DNA from: Schmidtea polychroa
Lineage: Eukaryota
NCBI GenBank assembly: GCA_044892525.1
Contig: CM097885.1
Span: 5,954,001-6,018,000, forward strand
DNA: 64,000 nt
Direction: 5' to 3'
Under the pieces are notes generated by a model. That model saw only the letters and a list, made by a program, of their open reading frames with translations, searched no databases and had not been told where the DNA came from. This document shows positions 37,803 to 51,910 of this stretch, piece by piece (positions within the stretch are counted from its first letter, which is position 1; every line of letters begins with the position of its first letter). A program made the position numbers and the translations under genes.

Positions 37803-40364
37803 CTACACTTCCACGTTAATTTCCACTACATCCTTTGGACTACCCTTCTGCTTTTCCTTGGCTGTCATCATTTGTGTCTCTTCTGCCATATCTTTACATT
37901 TTTCTTGATTACTCGTTATTTCATTGATTCTTAATTCGGCTGACCTCGCTTCTTCTTTTAGTCGGAGTATCGTTGTCTTGAGTACTTCATTTTCTCTTGT
38001 TCTGTTTTCTGCAACCTTTCTCCATATCATTATCAATTCATCCTGTCTCGTTTCTTTTACAACTAGTTCCATTATTAACCTGCACTGTTCCACACATTGT
38101 CTCCTCAATTCCTCGTATGCGTTGGGTTTCACCTGTTCCTTCACGTCATTTGTCCGTCTCTGTACATTTGTCGACTGTTGTTTTATTAGCATTGGAGATT
38201 GGTGTTTTCTAATTTCTGGCTGATAAATTCTGTTTTCGACATATTTTTTATTGTTCTGTTCTGTGACGTATTCTCGTGACTGATCTCTCACTGGGTTTGT
38301 CCCATTCGGACATTTATTGACTAAATGTCCAGTTCTTTTACATTCGTAACACCTCTTTATGCGGCGATATTTATTTTTTCTGTGCTCATTTTTCTGACAA
38401 TTCCCATACGTCTTATCGAAGAACCGATAGCGCTCATTGTGTCCTTGTGGTTGGTATTTGTTCCAGTAATTGTTTGTACTCGCGTCCCATTCGATATCTG
38501 GTTCGCACCCGCTTTCGATTTTTAACGTGTTTATGTCATGGTACTTTTCTTGCGTTTTTTCATTATTTCGTTTTTCGTGATTTTCGCCATTCTTCGATTC
38601 GCGCTTTTCCGGGATTACTGCAATTCCACCCTGACTATCGATGCCGGTATAATCTCTCTGATTGTTCTCAAATGTTTTGATGTTTTGATGGTCTAATATT
38701 ACCTGTTCCAGTTTTTCAATTATTTCGCTTTCGATCCTTGAGTCCGGAATTTTTTGTAAATCTATTTCGTTGCTCGTTATCATTCTCATCATATTGATTT
38801 GTATTACTCTTTTTTGTTCTCTTCCCCATATTCCTTTTATCTTTTCCATCTGGTTGTCGTTGGTGGTTAGTCTCATTATATCCAATTTTAAAAGTTCTTC
38901 CTTTCTCGTTTTCCAATATTTTTCTTCTCTTCTTGCCTGAGGTTCTTTTCGTTTACTCCATCTTTCTTCCGCTTCTCGTGCTTCCGCGATCTGTAAGGTA
39001 TTCCATTCTCGTTGTTGTTTTGTTCGGATATTTTGAATTTGTAATGTGCCTCCCACACATTGTAATACATTTATTCTTGATTGTTGTTTTCCTTCCGCTT
39101 GAAACTGATAATCGATCATGTTACTGCACAGTCCTGTGAGAATTGTTATTTGATTTTGCATTTCAGCTAGTTGCTTTGCTGACGTATCCCTATTGTCACT
39201 CCGTTGTTGGTTTCTTTTCTTCGCACATGCAACTGCTAGATGGTCTCCTTGTCCGCACGAGAAACATTTTTTGGATACTCCACATCTTACTGCGGTATGT
39301 CCTTTCTTACCGCAATTCCAACATCTTCTTTGCCCATGACATTCATCGAGCCAGTGTCCTTGCCTCTTGCAGTTATTACAAAACTTTCCAATGTTTCCAT
39401 TATTCGACCTCTTGCTTTTGTTGTCATTTTCGTTTCTTCGATTATTGTTGTTATGACTCCACTGTCTGTGGTGCTGGGGTTGATTATCTGCGATAGGCCT
39501 CCTACTTGGTGGTTTTGTTACTTTGTAATACATTTCGCTTACATTCGCTGCCTCTACTGCTTCGTCCAGCGTCTTGCAGATTTTGCATCCGACTACACCT
39601 TTAATGTCATCTCGTCGCAATCCTTTTACAAATTGGGTTACTAGTTGTGTTTCCATATCCTTTTCACTGAACAGCGGTTTGGCTAGACGTCTTAGTGCGC
39701 TTGCGTAGAGTATATTTGATTCATTCACTGCTTGTCCTCGATTGAAGAATTCTAGAAATTTGTATTGTGCATCTTTTGCTTCTCCAAATGTTTTTATCAG
39801 AGCTTCCTTAATTTCTTTCCAGGTTTTTAGTGGGTTTGTACACTCTTTTATTCCGACGTACCAATTAAACGCGTCATCTGCTAGATATAGTGGGAGTCTT
39901 CTCACTATCATTTCGTTTGTCCATTTTAGAGCATCGCAATAAGATTCAAAATGTTGGATAAAGTTTGATAGTTTGTTCGGTTTTCCGTCGTATTTTTCGC
40001 CATTATATTTTCCCTGGAAATTGGGTATCTCCATTTCACTGAGTCTCTTGTTGATCGCTTCCATTTGGGCTGTTGTATCTACCATCTTTAATTGTATTCT
40101 TTTTCCGTTTGTCTTTTCTTTTATTAGGTTTATGTCACTTTTATTATTTCTGTTTTCAGATAGAGTTTTTTTTTCCTGAGGTTCTGATACGCGTATTACG
40201 CTTCTTGGCCTATTGTTTTCGAAATCCTTTTCACTGCTTCCTCTTATGGATCGACCTTTGGTCTTTGAGATGTCTTTTTGATTTTGCTTTTCGATTTCTT
40301 GTGCTTGCGTGGGTTTAATAGTTCGTCTTCCTTTCTTTGCAACTTTTAATTCTTCTTCTTTCAA
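37803..40364 (-). CDS. gag: Gag-like protein with four CCHC zinc knuckles
   Basis: KYDGKP..LSNFIQHFE, LPLYLADDAFNWY, QAVNES...FVKGL capsid motifs; knuckles CNNCKRQGHWLDEC, CWNCGKKGHTAVRC, CFSCGQGDHLAVAC, CYECKRTGHLVNKC. Confidence 0.9.
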   Translation of the reverse strand: MKEEELKVAKKGRRTIKPTQAQEIEKQNQKDISKTKGRSIRGSSEKDFENNRPRSVIRVSEPQEKKTLSENRNNKSDINLIKEKTNGKRIQLKMVDTTAQMEAINKRLSEMEIPNFQGKYNGEKYDGKPNKLSNFIQHFESYCDALKWTNEMIVRRLPLYLADDAFNWYVGIKECTNPLKTWKEIKEALIKTFGEAKDAQYKFLEFFNRGQAVNESNILYASALRRLAKPLFSEKDMETQLVTQFVKGLRRDDIKGVVGCKICKTLDEAVEAANVSEMYYKVTKPPSRRPIADNQPQHHRQWSHNNNNRRNENDNKSKRSNNGNIGKFCNNCKRQGHWLDECHGQRRCWNCGKKGHTAVRCGVSKKCFSCGQGDHLAVACAKKRNQQRSDNRDTSAKQLAEMQNQITILTGLCSNMIDYQFQAEGKQQSRINVLQCVGGTLQIQNIRTKQQREWNTLQIAEAREAEERWSKRKEPQARREEKYWKTRKEELLKLDIMRLTTNDNQMEKIKGIWGREQKRVIQINMMRMITSNEIDLQKIPDSRIESEIIEKLEQVILDHQNIKTFENNQRDYTGIDSQGGIAVIPEKRESKNGENHEKRNNEKTQEKYHDINTLKIESGCEPDIEWDASTNNYWNKYQPQGHNERYRFFDKTYGNCQKNEHRKNKYRRIKRCYECKRTGHLVNKCPNGTNPVRDQSREYVTEQNNKKYVENRIYQPEIRKHQSPMLIKQQSTNVQRRTNDVKEQVKPNAYEELRRQCVEQCRLIMELVVKETRQDELIMIWRKVAENRTRENEVLKTTILRLKEEARSAELRINEITSNQEKCKDMAEETQMMTAKEKQKGSPKDVVEINVEV

Positions 40365-41349
40365 TAAACTTGGTTCTATTATTAACTGTTTTGATCTGGT
40401 ATGCTTTGTTATTGGTTCAATATTTCCGAACTTGGCTTAATTGTTTGACAATAACTTCTAGTTGGTTGCTGTTACTTGGCTGTTGGCTTGTTTGCTTGAT
40501 TTACCTGAATAGAAAAATATCACTTCTCCCTATCGTTTATTATATTTATAAATTGTAATATATATATTATATAGTGCAATTGCAATATTTTTACTTTGGT
40601 TTCTTTGGGTGCCGGCATATCTTAATATTCATTTCGTCGTTAGTTTTGTTTACACATTGGTTCTCAAATTCCTACGTAATTTTTTCGATCCTTCTTATTT
40701 AATTCACATTCCTTTTCTTCGTTTCTATAGTTTTCTCTACTTTAACTGTCTTTTTTCCTTGGCTTATCTCTATCTATTGACTTGCATTACTTGTATTCTT
40801 GTTTCTATCTTAGTTTTCTTCATTGATGTAGTCTTTATTCTGTTCATGTTTGTTTCCGATTTTTATAATTTCCTCCGTTTACCTTATTGGTCGTCCTTTA
40901 TATCTCTCTTTTTCCATTATCGTTACCAATTTTTAGACTTATTTATTATTCTTGACTCGGTTCTCCATTATTCATTCTATATTCTCATCTATTCTCCTAC
41001 ACGGTTGTCTATTTTCAATTCGTTTTTCGTCTTTTTCCTTCACGATCTTATTTATTTTCAGTTATATATCTGTCAATGACTTCGGCTGTATTCTCATTTA
41101 TAGTCCCGTCTATGTTTCTTTCTAGGTACTCATCTATATTCTCGTTTATCTTTCCTTTTACCTTCTCATCTATATTTACGTCTGTTATTTCCGTTTATTA
41201 TTCGTAGTTATTATTCTCGTTTATATTCGCGTCTATGTTTCTTTCCAGGTACTCATCTATATTCTCGTTTATCTTTCCTTTTACATTCTCGTCTATATTT
41301 ACGTCTGTTATTTCCGTTCCTATTCGTAGCCATTATTCTCATTTATATT

Positions 41350-42004
41350 CGTATCTCTTATTCGCATCTATTATTTGCATCTATTATTCGCATCTATTAT
41401 TCGCATCTATTATTCGCATCTATTATTCGCATCTATTATTCGCATCTATTATTCGTATCTATTATTCGCATCTCTTATTCGCATCTATTATTCGCATCTA
41501 TTATTCGCATCTATTATTCGCATCTATTATTCGCATCTATTATTCGCATCTCTTATTCGCATCTATTATTTGCATCTATTATTCGCATCTATTATTCGCA
41601 TCTATTATTCGCATCTATTATTCGCATCTAGTATTCGCATCTATTATTCGCATCTATTATTCGCATCTATTATTCGCATCTATTATTCGCATCTATTATT
41701 CGCATCTATTATTCGCATCTATTATTCGCATCTATTATTCGCATCTATTATTCGCATCTATTATTCGCATCTATTATTCGCATCTATTATTCGCATCTAT
41801 TATTCGCATCTATTATTCGCATCTATTATTCGCATCTATTATTCGCATCTATTATTCGCATCTATTATTCGCATCTATTATTCGCATCTATTATTCGCAT
41901 CTATTATTCGCATCTATTATTCGCATCTATTATTCGCATCTATTATTCGCATCTATTATTCGCATCTATTATTCGCATCTATTATTCGCATCTATTATTC
42001 GCAT
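41350..42004. repeat. 13-bp minisatellite (CTATTATTCGCAT)n, ~50 copies
   Basis: Direct reading; homogeneous at the right end, variants at the left. Confidence 0.97.
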
Positions 42005-45000
42005 TCCTTTGACTGTCCTTGTCCCTATCATTCTGCCTACCGGTTATCTATCAATTTAGTCTTTAAGCTCTAATTGTTTCTCTTTACTTCGCTCTCTCTT
42101 TTCCCATTTACTTGGTCTTCTTTTTATTTCTCCTACATGCTTCTTTTTACTACTCTTCCAGGTTTTCCCCACTCTCCTGACTCCGGATGCGAAACACTCG
42201 CACTGGTCGATCTCCGATCGTGTGGTGATCAGTCACACGCAGAGATGTTCCAGTATATGCGATGGGCCCTGTTCCACATCTTTCGTCAGGACAGTTGGTA
42301 CTTTCCTGGGCCTTATCCGTACTACGCTGAGCGTAGCTCATAGGTTGTGGATTTCCTAAATCCTAACAGAAAAATTTTTTCCTTATTCATTTGCTCTCAA
42401 TTTTCGTAGGACTTTATTCTCATTTTTACGTCGTGCTCTTAATCTACTTATCTCAATTACTCTTGGTCCTTCTTCATTATTCTAAATATGTCCACGTCTC
42501 TTGTCTAGTTAACGTCTTATTGCTATCGCTTTTACTCTTACCGCTTTAGTTGACTTGTTTCTCGTTAATATGCTCACTATTTCCTCAGGCAGATCCCTCT
42601 CGCATCACTCGTTAATATTTGTTTATCCATTTTATTCGTTACCCTTCTATTCGTCAATGGTTTATTTATTAACCATCCCTGCTCAATTTTGTAATTTATC
42701 ACGCTTCCGTATTAGTATATTTTCCTTATCTTTGATTTTTTATGTTACCTCACTGATTTCCCCGTCATAATGTTTCTCATTTCGTATATTTTACGTTTTC
42801 AAAATTTGTTTGTTGTTTTTCTGTTTATGGGCCTCTTTGTTCCACTCCCTATATTTTATGTTTTTAACTTATTTCCGCGTCTATTTGTTATTTTACTTTT
42901 GGCGCGTAACTTTGATTGGTCATTTATTTTCATTATCTCATTTAATTGTTTATCTATGTCTACATATACACTCATATACTTATACATATACCCTTATCCA
43001 TAACCGTATATTCATATACCTATATCCACCTATATCTGGATATCTACATCTGTACGCATTTCTCCCTAGCTGTTCCTGGAGTGGTTGATATTATTGCTTC
43101 CATCATTTCTGAATTTATTCAAATTTATCATTGAAATTCCCACAATTGTAACTTTATAGTTCGTAATAAAAGTAGACAGTCCGTTCGTTTTTCATTATTG
43201 TAACTTTTTGCTCCATAGTAAAAGTTGGCAGTATGTTCGTTTTCCCTAATTAAAACTTTTGTTCGATATTTCTAATTGATCTCATTTTTGTTAGCATCTA
43301 TTGTTATTTTAATTGACCGTGTCGTGATGTTAAGCTTTCAATTTTTTGTTCTGTTTCTCTGTATCATGTTTCATTTTATATTTGTCGTTTCTCGCTGTTT
43401 TGCCTTTTCGTTCAAATGTCTTTGGCCTTGCTTTCCTTCTGTGAATTTGTTATTTGTTGTTTCATGTTTGTTCATTTCGTTCTGTGTTTTCCTTGTCATT
43501 TTTATTGTGTTTATTTGTTCATATTCTATTTTGTTATATGTGTGCTCTTCATTTTCTGTCAATCATGTTTTTGTATACTTTTTTCCGATTGTTCCTATTA
43601 TTGCTCATGTCCATTTTGACTTTCATCTTGATCTCCCGTTTGTTGTTATCTTAGTTTGATCTCATTTTTCCTCCGCGTCTTCGCCAAATGTCGTCCCCGA
43701 CATTCATTATTTAATTTATTTATTATCTTGTGTTCTCTCGGTTCTCAGTATTTTGTTCTCGTGTCCTCTCTACAATATTTGCCAAACGTCCATTTTTTCT
43801 GATTGATTTTCCTTACTCTTAAATAGGCGTAGATTTTAATAATTTGAGTTTTCGCATTATTTTATCTTTGTTTACGGTGATCGGTCCTCTACTTTTATTA
43901 TATATCATTTTTGTTGGGGTGTATACACCGATATATGCAATTATTCATATACAATTAGTCCTCTTTATGGCACTCAGTTCTGCCATTACTGTCTCTTTTC
44001 AATGCTATGACCATGCTAATAGTTCGTTGGTTTTCTCCTTTACCAACAGAAACCACCGGTACAAGTGTTCTTCTACTCATTCCACCTCCATCTCGGTATA
44101 TTGAATGCTTCATTTTATGACTATTTTCCATGAATATAATGCTGTAATTGTTACAGCTATTTGTATTTCATCTTCAGCTCCCTGCATTTTCCTTTTCCCG
44201 TTTCCTTTTAACGTCTGATATTATCCGTTGCATTTTTATCATATCTTTCTCTCCTTGATTTCCCCAGCTATTCTTATTAGTTCATTTCTTGCATTTAACT
44301 TTATCATTAGAGTTGTTCTATTTCTCTTCACTTTAGTTCAATTTTTCCTCTCTGGCCTTGATTATTCTCTCACGAACAAATTCATTGTTCAAATTTTCGA
44401 TTAGATTGTTCCTCCATGAGATTCCTTACTTCTGTATAGCTAATGCTATTTACGATAATATGACGCTTTTCTGCTTCCATATTTCTCCTGTGGTGGTATT
44501 GGGATTGATTTCCATTGTGATCCGTTTCATTCTATTAATTCACCTACATTGATTCCTAATCTTTTATCTGAATTTTATTACATTTTATTTCCCAAAGTTA
44601 TATACTAATTATACCGCGCTGATATATATATATATATTTTTATATAATCATATACCTTTATATATTCATTGTTCACACTATATATAGTCATCACCCTTTC
44701 TATGTATGTGGGTTCGTAATTCGTGATACTTGCTAGATCTCTCCCCACTGTTCTTAGTTTAGTGTTCTGTACTCTTTCATTTACTGTATATTTCACCCGT
44801 CTGGTTCTAATTGTTTCCAATTCTCTATCGTTGACGTTGGATAATTTTTCATACTTCTTTCCGGTTATTAATATGAGCATCGTACGTTTAACTGTCTTGT
44901 ATATTCATATTACTTTGGCTAACCTTAGGCTTCCTGGTTTCTTTCGCTGGATCATTTTCGTTGATACCTATCATGTTATTCTCGTATCTTGTATATTTAC

Positions 45001-48000
45001 TTTCATTGATTTCTCTCTATACTTTGTCAATCTCCCGAGTCGTTTTACATAAGTTTTAGAATTCATTTTCTACGTACCCTGGGTGTCTGTGATGTTCGCC
45101 TATTTTGCAAAGTTTTTCACTGCCTTTTAACTTAGTTCTCGTGCCTTTGTCACGAAGATTTTATTTCGATTTGTTTTTGCTCTATTTTTGTACCGTGATT
45201 TTATTTTTTCGCAGTTATGCTCGATTGTCTTTGGTTCAGATTTATTTTTCGAGTTACCAGCAAGTTTAGTTCTTGTTTTTGTTCTTTTACTTAACGCTTT
45301 TGTTCATTTTGTTCATTTCTATTCGTGATGTTTCGATGTCTTTTCTTGTCTTTACTTTCTTTTACTTTCCGTAGAATCTGTTGACTCGCTCGGTTTCGTC
45401 TGGTAAACTCATCTCTTTATCTATAATGTTGTTCGTCTCAGATTCACATTTGCAGAAGCTAAGACATGGTTATCATTTGTTTTATTTATCGTTTGGTACT
45501 TTGTTATCTGTCGAGTTTTATCGTATTTTTCATTTGGATGTTTATTCAATCGTTTTTATGGTTTGGTCTTTCCATTTTACCGATGCATTTAACATCCTTG
45601 GGTACTCTACCCTTGGGTTGGTATGCGTAGAAGGTATTACCTGTAGAGTATAATTGGTTTAAATAGTCCTTATCATACACTGTATGTATCGACAACTCAA
45701 TACCAGAATCATATATAGCTTGCTTTTTCCTAAACCCCCTAATCCATACATTCTTATATATCATTTGCATATAATCATTCATACCATTACATATTCATTT
45801 ATCAGTATATTCTCAAAAAGTTCCCCTTCTAAAGCCGCTATCATTCCCTCGGTTTATCCATTCACTAATCAACGTAATAACAATTAACATTTAATAATTC
45901 ATTGACATAAATATTATCAAGAGCCTGCATAACCAATCCTCAACCAATTGCTGGCCCATCATTCAACCATTCAACCAAACAAGGACAAATTATCAAGGAG
46001 AAGACTTATTTATTTTCATAAAATTAGCTTAGCTTACTTATCCTATTGTCAAACCCTGAATTTACTAAAATCCGGATGTAACGATATTCATACATTATTC
46101 TTTTGTTCTGGGCGTATCCAATCATGTTTAGCAAAGAACATTCCGTCTATCTAAATAGAGTAATTTTGTCGAAACCAATTAATTACGATTTGCTACTCCG
46201 TATAATTTATAATTTCCTAATAAATTCCTCAATGCACTGCTAGCAATTTCCTCGAAACAGATTATTAATTCCATACACACGATAATTGATTTTTGATTAC
46301 GCCTAAGATTTATTTGCAAACCACAGCCCGCAACACAACACCATGACCCCACAGGAGTCAACAATGCACAATTCGATCAAGCTCCAATCACGAGCACTCG
46401 ATGTATAGAAGCGTGTCAATTAAAATCATTGTCAAGATGCGCACCAACCGAAATATATTTGTAAAAACTTATAGTTGCAAGTGTCTTGTCTTACCAGTGT
46501 ATCCACATGCTCTTCGGGTGTACGATTTCACCCGCCCTTCGTCTTTACTATTATCATAATTTGTAAATAATCACACCGACCAGCAACCGATCACAATCGA
46601 ATGGGTACTGATTTGGGTTTTTATAATATAGACCTTAGTTTACCTATAATAAATGTGCGTATGAATTAGCAATGTGAGATTAAATTGGCAATTATATTAT
46701 ACAACAATAGGAAACAAAATCGATGTTAATAATATATATATTATAAACAAGCACACACAAACACGGCTCGCAAGACACATGCAACAGGATATTGATTCAA
46801 CAAGGGCATTTAATCAGCTGAAATTTTCCAATTTAAAATTAACAACAAAAATTGTACGAGGATGTTTGTAACCTCATCAGAATCGACTATTTCGTTTCGA
46901 GAATTTCGTAGCCAAATGTGTAAGCTTTTCATTTAAACTTGAGACATTTTATAAAATCTATATGGAATGGCCATTGCTGACAACGAAAGAATCATCAAAT
47001 CCATGGCGGATGGCCATAATTATCACGAATCAGGCCACATTCTCGGAATCCAACGGAATACAATAATCGGCACCATAAATAAAATTTACTAACATTTTTA
47101 GAATAGAAATTCCACTACAGTTGTTTAGGACGCTTGTGATATTTTATTACAGACAAGGCAGACCAACATATAGAGTCAAGTCAATAACACTAAGACGCAT
47201 AAATCAACACTACTTATACAACACACGAATTTATAATTGAATATTTCACGCATATATAAAAAAAATTTTGAAATTACCACTATCCTGAGATTAATAACAC
47301 CAAATAAAATTGATGGTTCTGACCAGTGGACATGATTTATTAATACATTGATTATCCCATTACTGAGTAACAATAATTATTTAAGTGCATATAAATTTGT
47401 ATACAAGTACAAAATGCCATAGTAACATAATTAAAAATCATTTTCATACATGCAAATTTGACAATTTTCTGTTTTATTTTAACCAATTAAATCAAAAATA
47501 GAAAGCCATACATAATTTTATTAAAAACTGAATTTTAAAATACTTATAAAACATACTTGATTTAATTAGTAAAGTCCATAAAATCAATAAAAAATATATA
47601 TAACCATTCCAACTATACTGCACTGAAAAGTCGCTCAAAGTTTTACTCGACATCGACAAAAGCCACGAAACGAACCGAGAGAAATTGCAATGAATCGAAG
47701 AACTAATCAAATTTCCAGCATCATTTTCAAAAGTAAATGTTCGAATTATTATTCCAATTAATAGACATGGTAAAATCAATAAAAACGTATTCCATTTTCG
47801 TTCTGTCAATCTCATATCATTTCAATTTCATCTGAACATTACAGCAACAATCCAAATCCAAAAGAAGTGAAATCTAAAAACGAAAAACAAATAACTGTAA
47901 AACATCTCGTTTCTGATTGGCTGATTTTCATGAACGTAGAAAACCAATTGCACACGCATTGTACAGAACACGCATGCACACATGCCATGCCATACCGCCG

Positions 48001-48854
48001 GCACACACACCAACCGACACCGCAATGTAAAATCATCAACTCAAATAATCACTCAACCATGAAAGAAAAAACACTTTAAACCTGCACCAACCATTCCTCA
48101 ACTCACCCTTATCATTAATACACTGCGGTAGTGCTCAAATGCGCGTCTGAACACGCCCCTGAGCCAAACCGCGCGTTGCGCATCACTGCGTTTCTTCGCT
48201 GAAACCAGTTCAGACGGGCAAAGTCCCCATGCCACCGCTGATGCGAAAACGTGTTGCTAATGTTGATTGATTGTTCCAAAATACGATCTATCATGATTAA
48301 ATAGAATGTATTGAAAATTTTCCATTCGCACTATATGTAGTTATGATTTTTGAACTTCTGCTTTGAGGTAAAATTCTCCATAATAATAGGTCAATTGTTG
48401 ATGATGGCCTTTAGATTATATGGTAGTTATCGGATAAATATTTATAGGAATAAGTTGGAATGTAGCTGACAGTGTCACTTATTTTGTACTAATGAGATAA
48501 CATATAATCATTACAGATTGCATTCAAGCCAGTCAGCACTTGGTGAGCCTATAATGATACTATTGTTGACAGGGCGAATGTTCTAAGGATCGAATTCACA
48601 TTTTTATAAGCATTTGTTAATTTTAATAACGTTTAAATGAGTTTTTATCATCGCATATATATTTATATAATGATCAACTATTAATTCTATCGACAATTGT
48701 AATTATAAATTTTATTTTATTTCTATTAATTATTTCATTAATTGCTCTTTCATATATAACAGAAATTTGTTCACAGAAGCATACACACAGATCTTTATGT
48801 TTACATACATTCCTTGTAGACTTAATTTTTTTATATATTTTTTTTTCTTTTTGA

Positions 48855-48872
48855 TTCCCGGCTGAGCCCCCA
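48855..48872 (-). promoter_or_regulatory. Primer-binding site, tRNA-Pro-like
   Basis: Minus strand TGGGGGCTCAGCCGGGAA, 7 nt downstream of the 5' LTR; resembles the tRNA-Pro PBS TGGGGGCTCGTCCGGGAT. Confidence 0.8.
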
Positions 48873-48879
48873 AAAATCA

Positions 48880-50536
48880 TGTTGGTTACTTAGGGGTGTG
48901 TCCTTTTTACAATTTAAAATACGTTAGGGGTAATCATAACCGTTCGACTCTTTCCTAAGCACCTCCATGACTATTGCAATTTAAACCATTTGTGTACCCA
49001 TGGCGACGACCATGTTGGCACTGTACACAAAGGTGAAAAAACAATGAGCAGGTGAGCTCTATTACTAAAACTACTCCCCATTGGATTTTCTTTTCGGGTT
49101 CTAGACTGCCGATAGAAGGTCTTACGTCCTTATTCACTATATATGCTATTTTTGGATCGTTGTTGGTCCTCAATTACGGGTATTTCTAATTGTTCTCTTA
49201 TAAAATTTTGTGCAGGGATCCGTCCTTATTTCCCAGCTAGTAATTATTGTTCTACACTTCCTACAATATTTAAATTATCCTTTGAAAAATTTGCGCAGGG
49301 ATTGGCCCTTATTTTCAAGTTAATCCACACTTGCCATAATATTTAAATTGTCCTTCAAAGATTTTGAGCAGGGATCTGCCTGTGTTTCTAATCCTGAGCT
49401 GTCGGAAAAATTACATAAATCTAACTTTATCCATCTTCAACTGGTCTCAACTATTCCATCTTTACTCCTAACTCACTTATGTCTATAAAACATAAAGGCG
49501 ACTAAGCCACCTACATTATCTAAATCTAAATAAAATCCTAAACGACCTAAAATGACATTACACTCCCAAATCATTCCTATCACTATCACTGTCCTCTAAC
49601 TCGATGGACTCAACCGGCGAAATATCTGCCGACCAACAGCACGTAGTGCCGCCCGTCCACAAACTTTTCCCCAGCCCAGACCATCGACACAATCAACAAA
49701 TAATATAATTGAATTCAATAAAAACTATGATTTAGAATAAATGAATTTAAACCATTAAAAAGGATCACTAAAGAAAATTTAACCGAAACATTAATAGCAT
49801 ATAAAATTTATTAATTAAAATACTCCATAAAAATTACAGAAAACAATAACAAATAAATTACCACATCCACGTTGGCATAAAATCGAAACTGAGAGTTCTG
49901 CAAATTAAGTGGCTATGTTGGAAAAAGTGAGTGTTTTTCAATTGAATTTGTGATCAGTATTTATACTGATTTTGAATGCGTACTCTATCCAATCAGAGTG
50001 CGAGAATTATTGAATTGATTTTGCACACATGCATGAATGTGTGTAATTATTTATTTGTTTTAATTTCATAAATTTAATTAATTTCTTATTTAATTTTTAT
50101 TAATTTTAATTTTACAAATTTTATAATTTAACTAATTTGAGTTATATTAATTTTTATTAATTTAAACATTTTTATTCTTTAAATTTAATAAGTTAAATAA
50201 CCATTTAATTCTATAAACTTTACAATTTACATAATGCTAATTAATTTTATTATTTTTGACGATTTAATCTTTATATTGTTTAAATAATTTTCAACTAATT
50301 CCATTTTCTATTTTATTATTTTTCTATTTAAATTTTTAAGTGTTGAATTTTCTGTTAAATTTATTTATCTCTTTATTCTATTATACGGGGTTTATTGATT
50401 CTTAATGTGTAATGTAGTTTATTTTATTTATTTTAAATTAAACCTTGGTCATAAATTTTTTTCAACTTTGCGGTTTTTGTGTTAGGTATTTTCGATCGAT
50501 TAAAACAAACTCTCAGTTCTCGTTTTCAGCCCAACA
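48880..50536 (-). repeat. 5' LTR (1657 bp)
   Basis: Direct repeat of 35125-36774; differs by a 2-nt and a 9-nt indel. Confidence 0.96.
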
Positions 50537-50702
50537 CCTATTTGATTAGTATTATTAATACGATTATTATAATAAATATTACTACTACTACTATTATTAT
50601 TATTATTATTATCAATTTCCTCATCACTTATGTTGATTATTTCATCATCATCACTTATTGTGATTACATCAATAACTTTAGATTTTTTACTTGGTATTGA
50701 AT

Positions 50703-50872
50703 TTATTTTTCATTATTTTTTCTTTTATTCATATTAATTAGATTATTTATTTGTTCATTTAATTTATTTACTTGATCTTTTAGATTATTTATTTCGTTTA
50801 TATCATTATTATTATTATTATTGGTGCTGTTAGTATTATTGTTGGTGATATTATTATTATTATTATTGTTGA

Positions 50873-50927
<55 letters not shown>

Positions 50928-50980
50928 GTTGTTGATATTATTATTATTATTATTATTATTGTTGTTGATATTATTGTTGA

Positions 50981-51041
<61 letters not shown>

Positions 51042-51850
51042 ATTATTATTGTTAACAAACGATTCATATAAGCTATAGAAAAGAGACTTCTTAGAAGGTT
51101 TAAATTGTTGGAGATGGAGTCTATGCTTATTATAAAATTCCTTATACGTTATAACTTCAATAACCTCACATTTAGGGCATAGGATGTAGGTGACACCGTT
51201 ATATTTATGACTATAATATCTTTCCATTATATCATCGCAGTCATTATGATATTGACTATTACAAAAGTTTTGGTATTTCAAACCTATGAAAATATTTTTA
51301 TCATAAAATGTTTAAAAAATATTAAGATAATAATCATTTTTAAAGTTTAAGATATTTTTCGTAAGATATTATTCAAAATTATCTTTTAAATAGTATCTTA
51401 TAAAAAATATTATAAAATATATATAATTTAATTCGTTTTCATAAATAATTTAATTCATTTTCATAAATAAATAAATAGGTAAATCTTCTTTTCATGAATA
51501 AATCTTCTTTTCAAAATCATCATAAATAAATAAATAAGTAAATCTTCTTTTCATAAATTATCATAAATAAATAAGTAAATCTTCTTTTCATAAATAAATA
51601 AATAGGTAAATCTTCTTTTAATGAATAAATCTTCTTTTCATGAATAAATCTTCTTTTCAAAAATTATCATAAATAAATAAATAAGTAAATCTTCTTTTCA
51701 TAAATAAGTAAATCTTCTTTTCATGAATAAATCTTCTTTTCATAAATCTTCCTTTCAAAATCATCATAAATAAATCTTCTTTTAAAATATCTTCTTTTCA
51801 TAAATAAATCTTCTTTTAAAATATCTTCTTTTCATAAGTTTCTTCTTTTA

Positions 51851-51910
<60 letters not shown>

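Larger units (their letters stand above)
35125..50536 (-). mobile_element. Gypsy-like LTR retrotransposon, gag-only (non-autonomous), 15.4 kb
   Basis: Two near-identical LTRs, TGTTGG...CCAACA ends, 4-bp TSD CCTA, PBS and gag ORF. No RT, protease or integrase ORF is visible. Confidence 0.93.

Noticed and set aside
41235..42073. Long plus-strand ORFs with YYSHLLFASIIRI repeats
   Set aside because: Translation artefact of the 13-bp minisatellite; also not CRISPR because there are no spacers.
40337..45653. Many hydrophobic plus-strand ORFs
   Set aside because: The T-rich antisense of an A-rich retroelement strand lacks stops; no motifs.
50798..51078. Poly-Leu and poly-Ile ORFs (also 31108-31553, 60338-60538)
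   Set aside because: Alternative frames of (ATT)n microsatellites.
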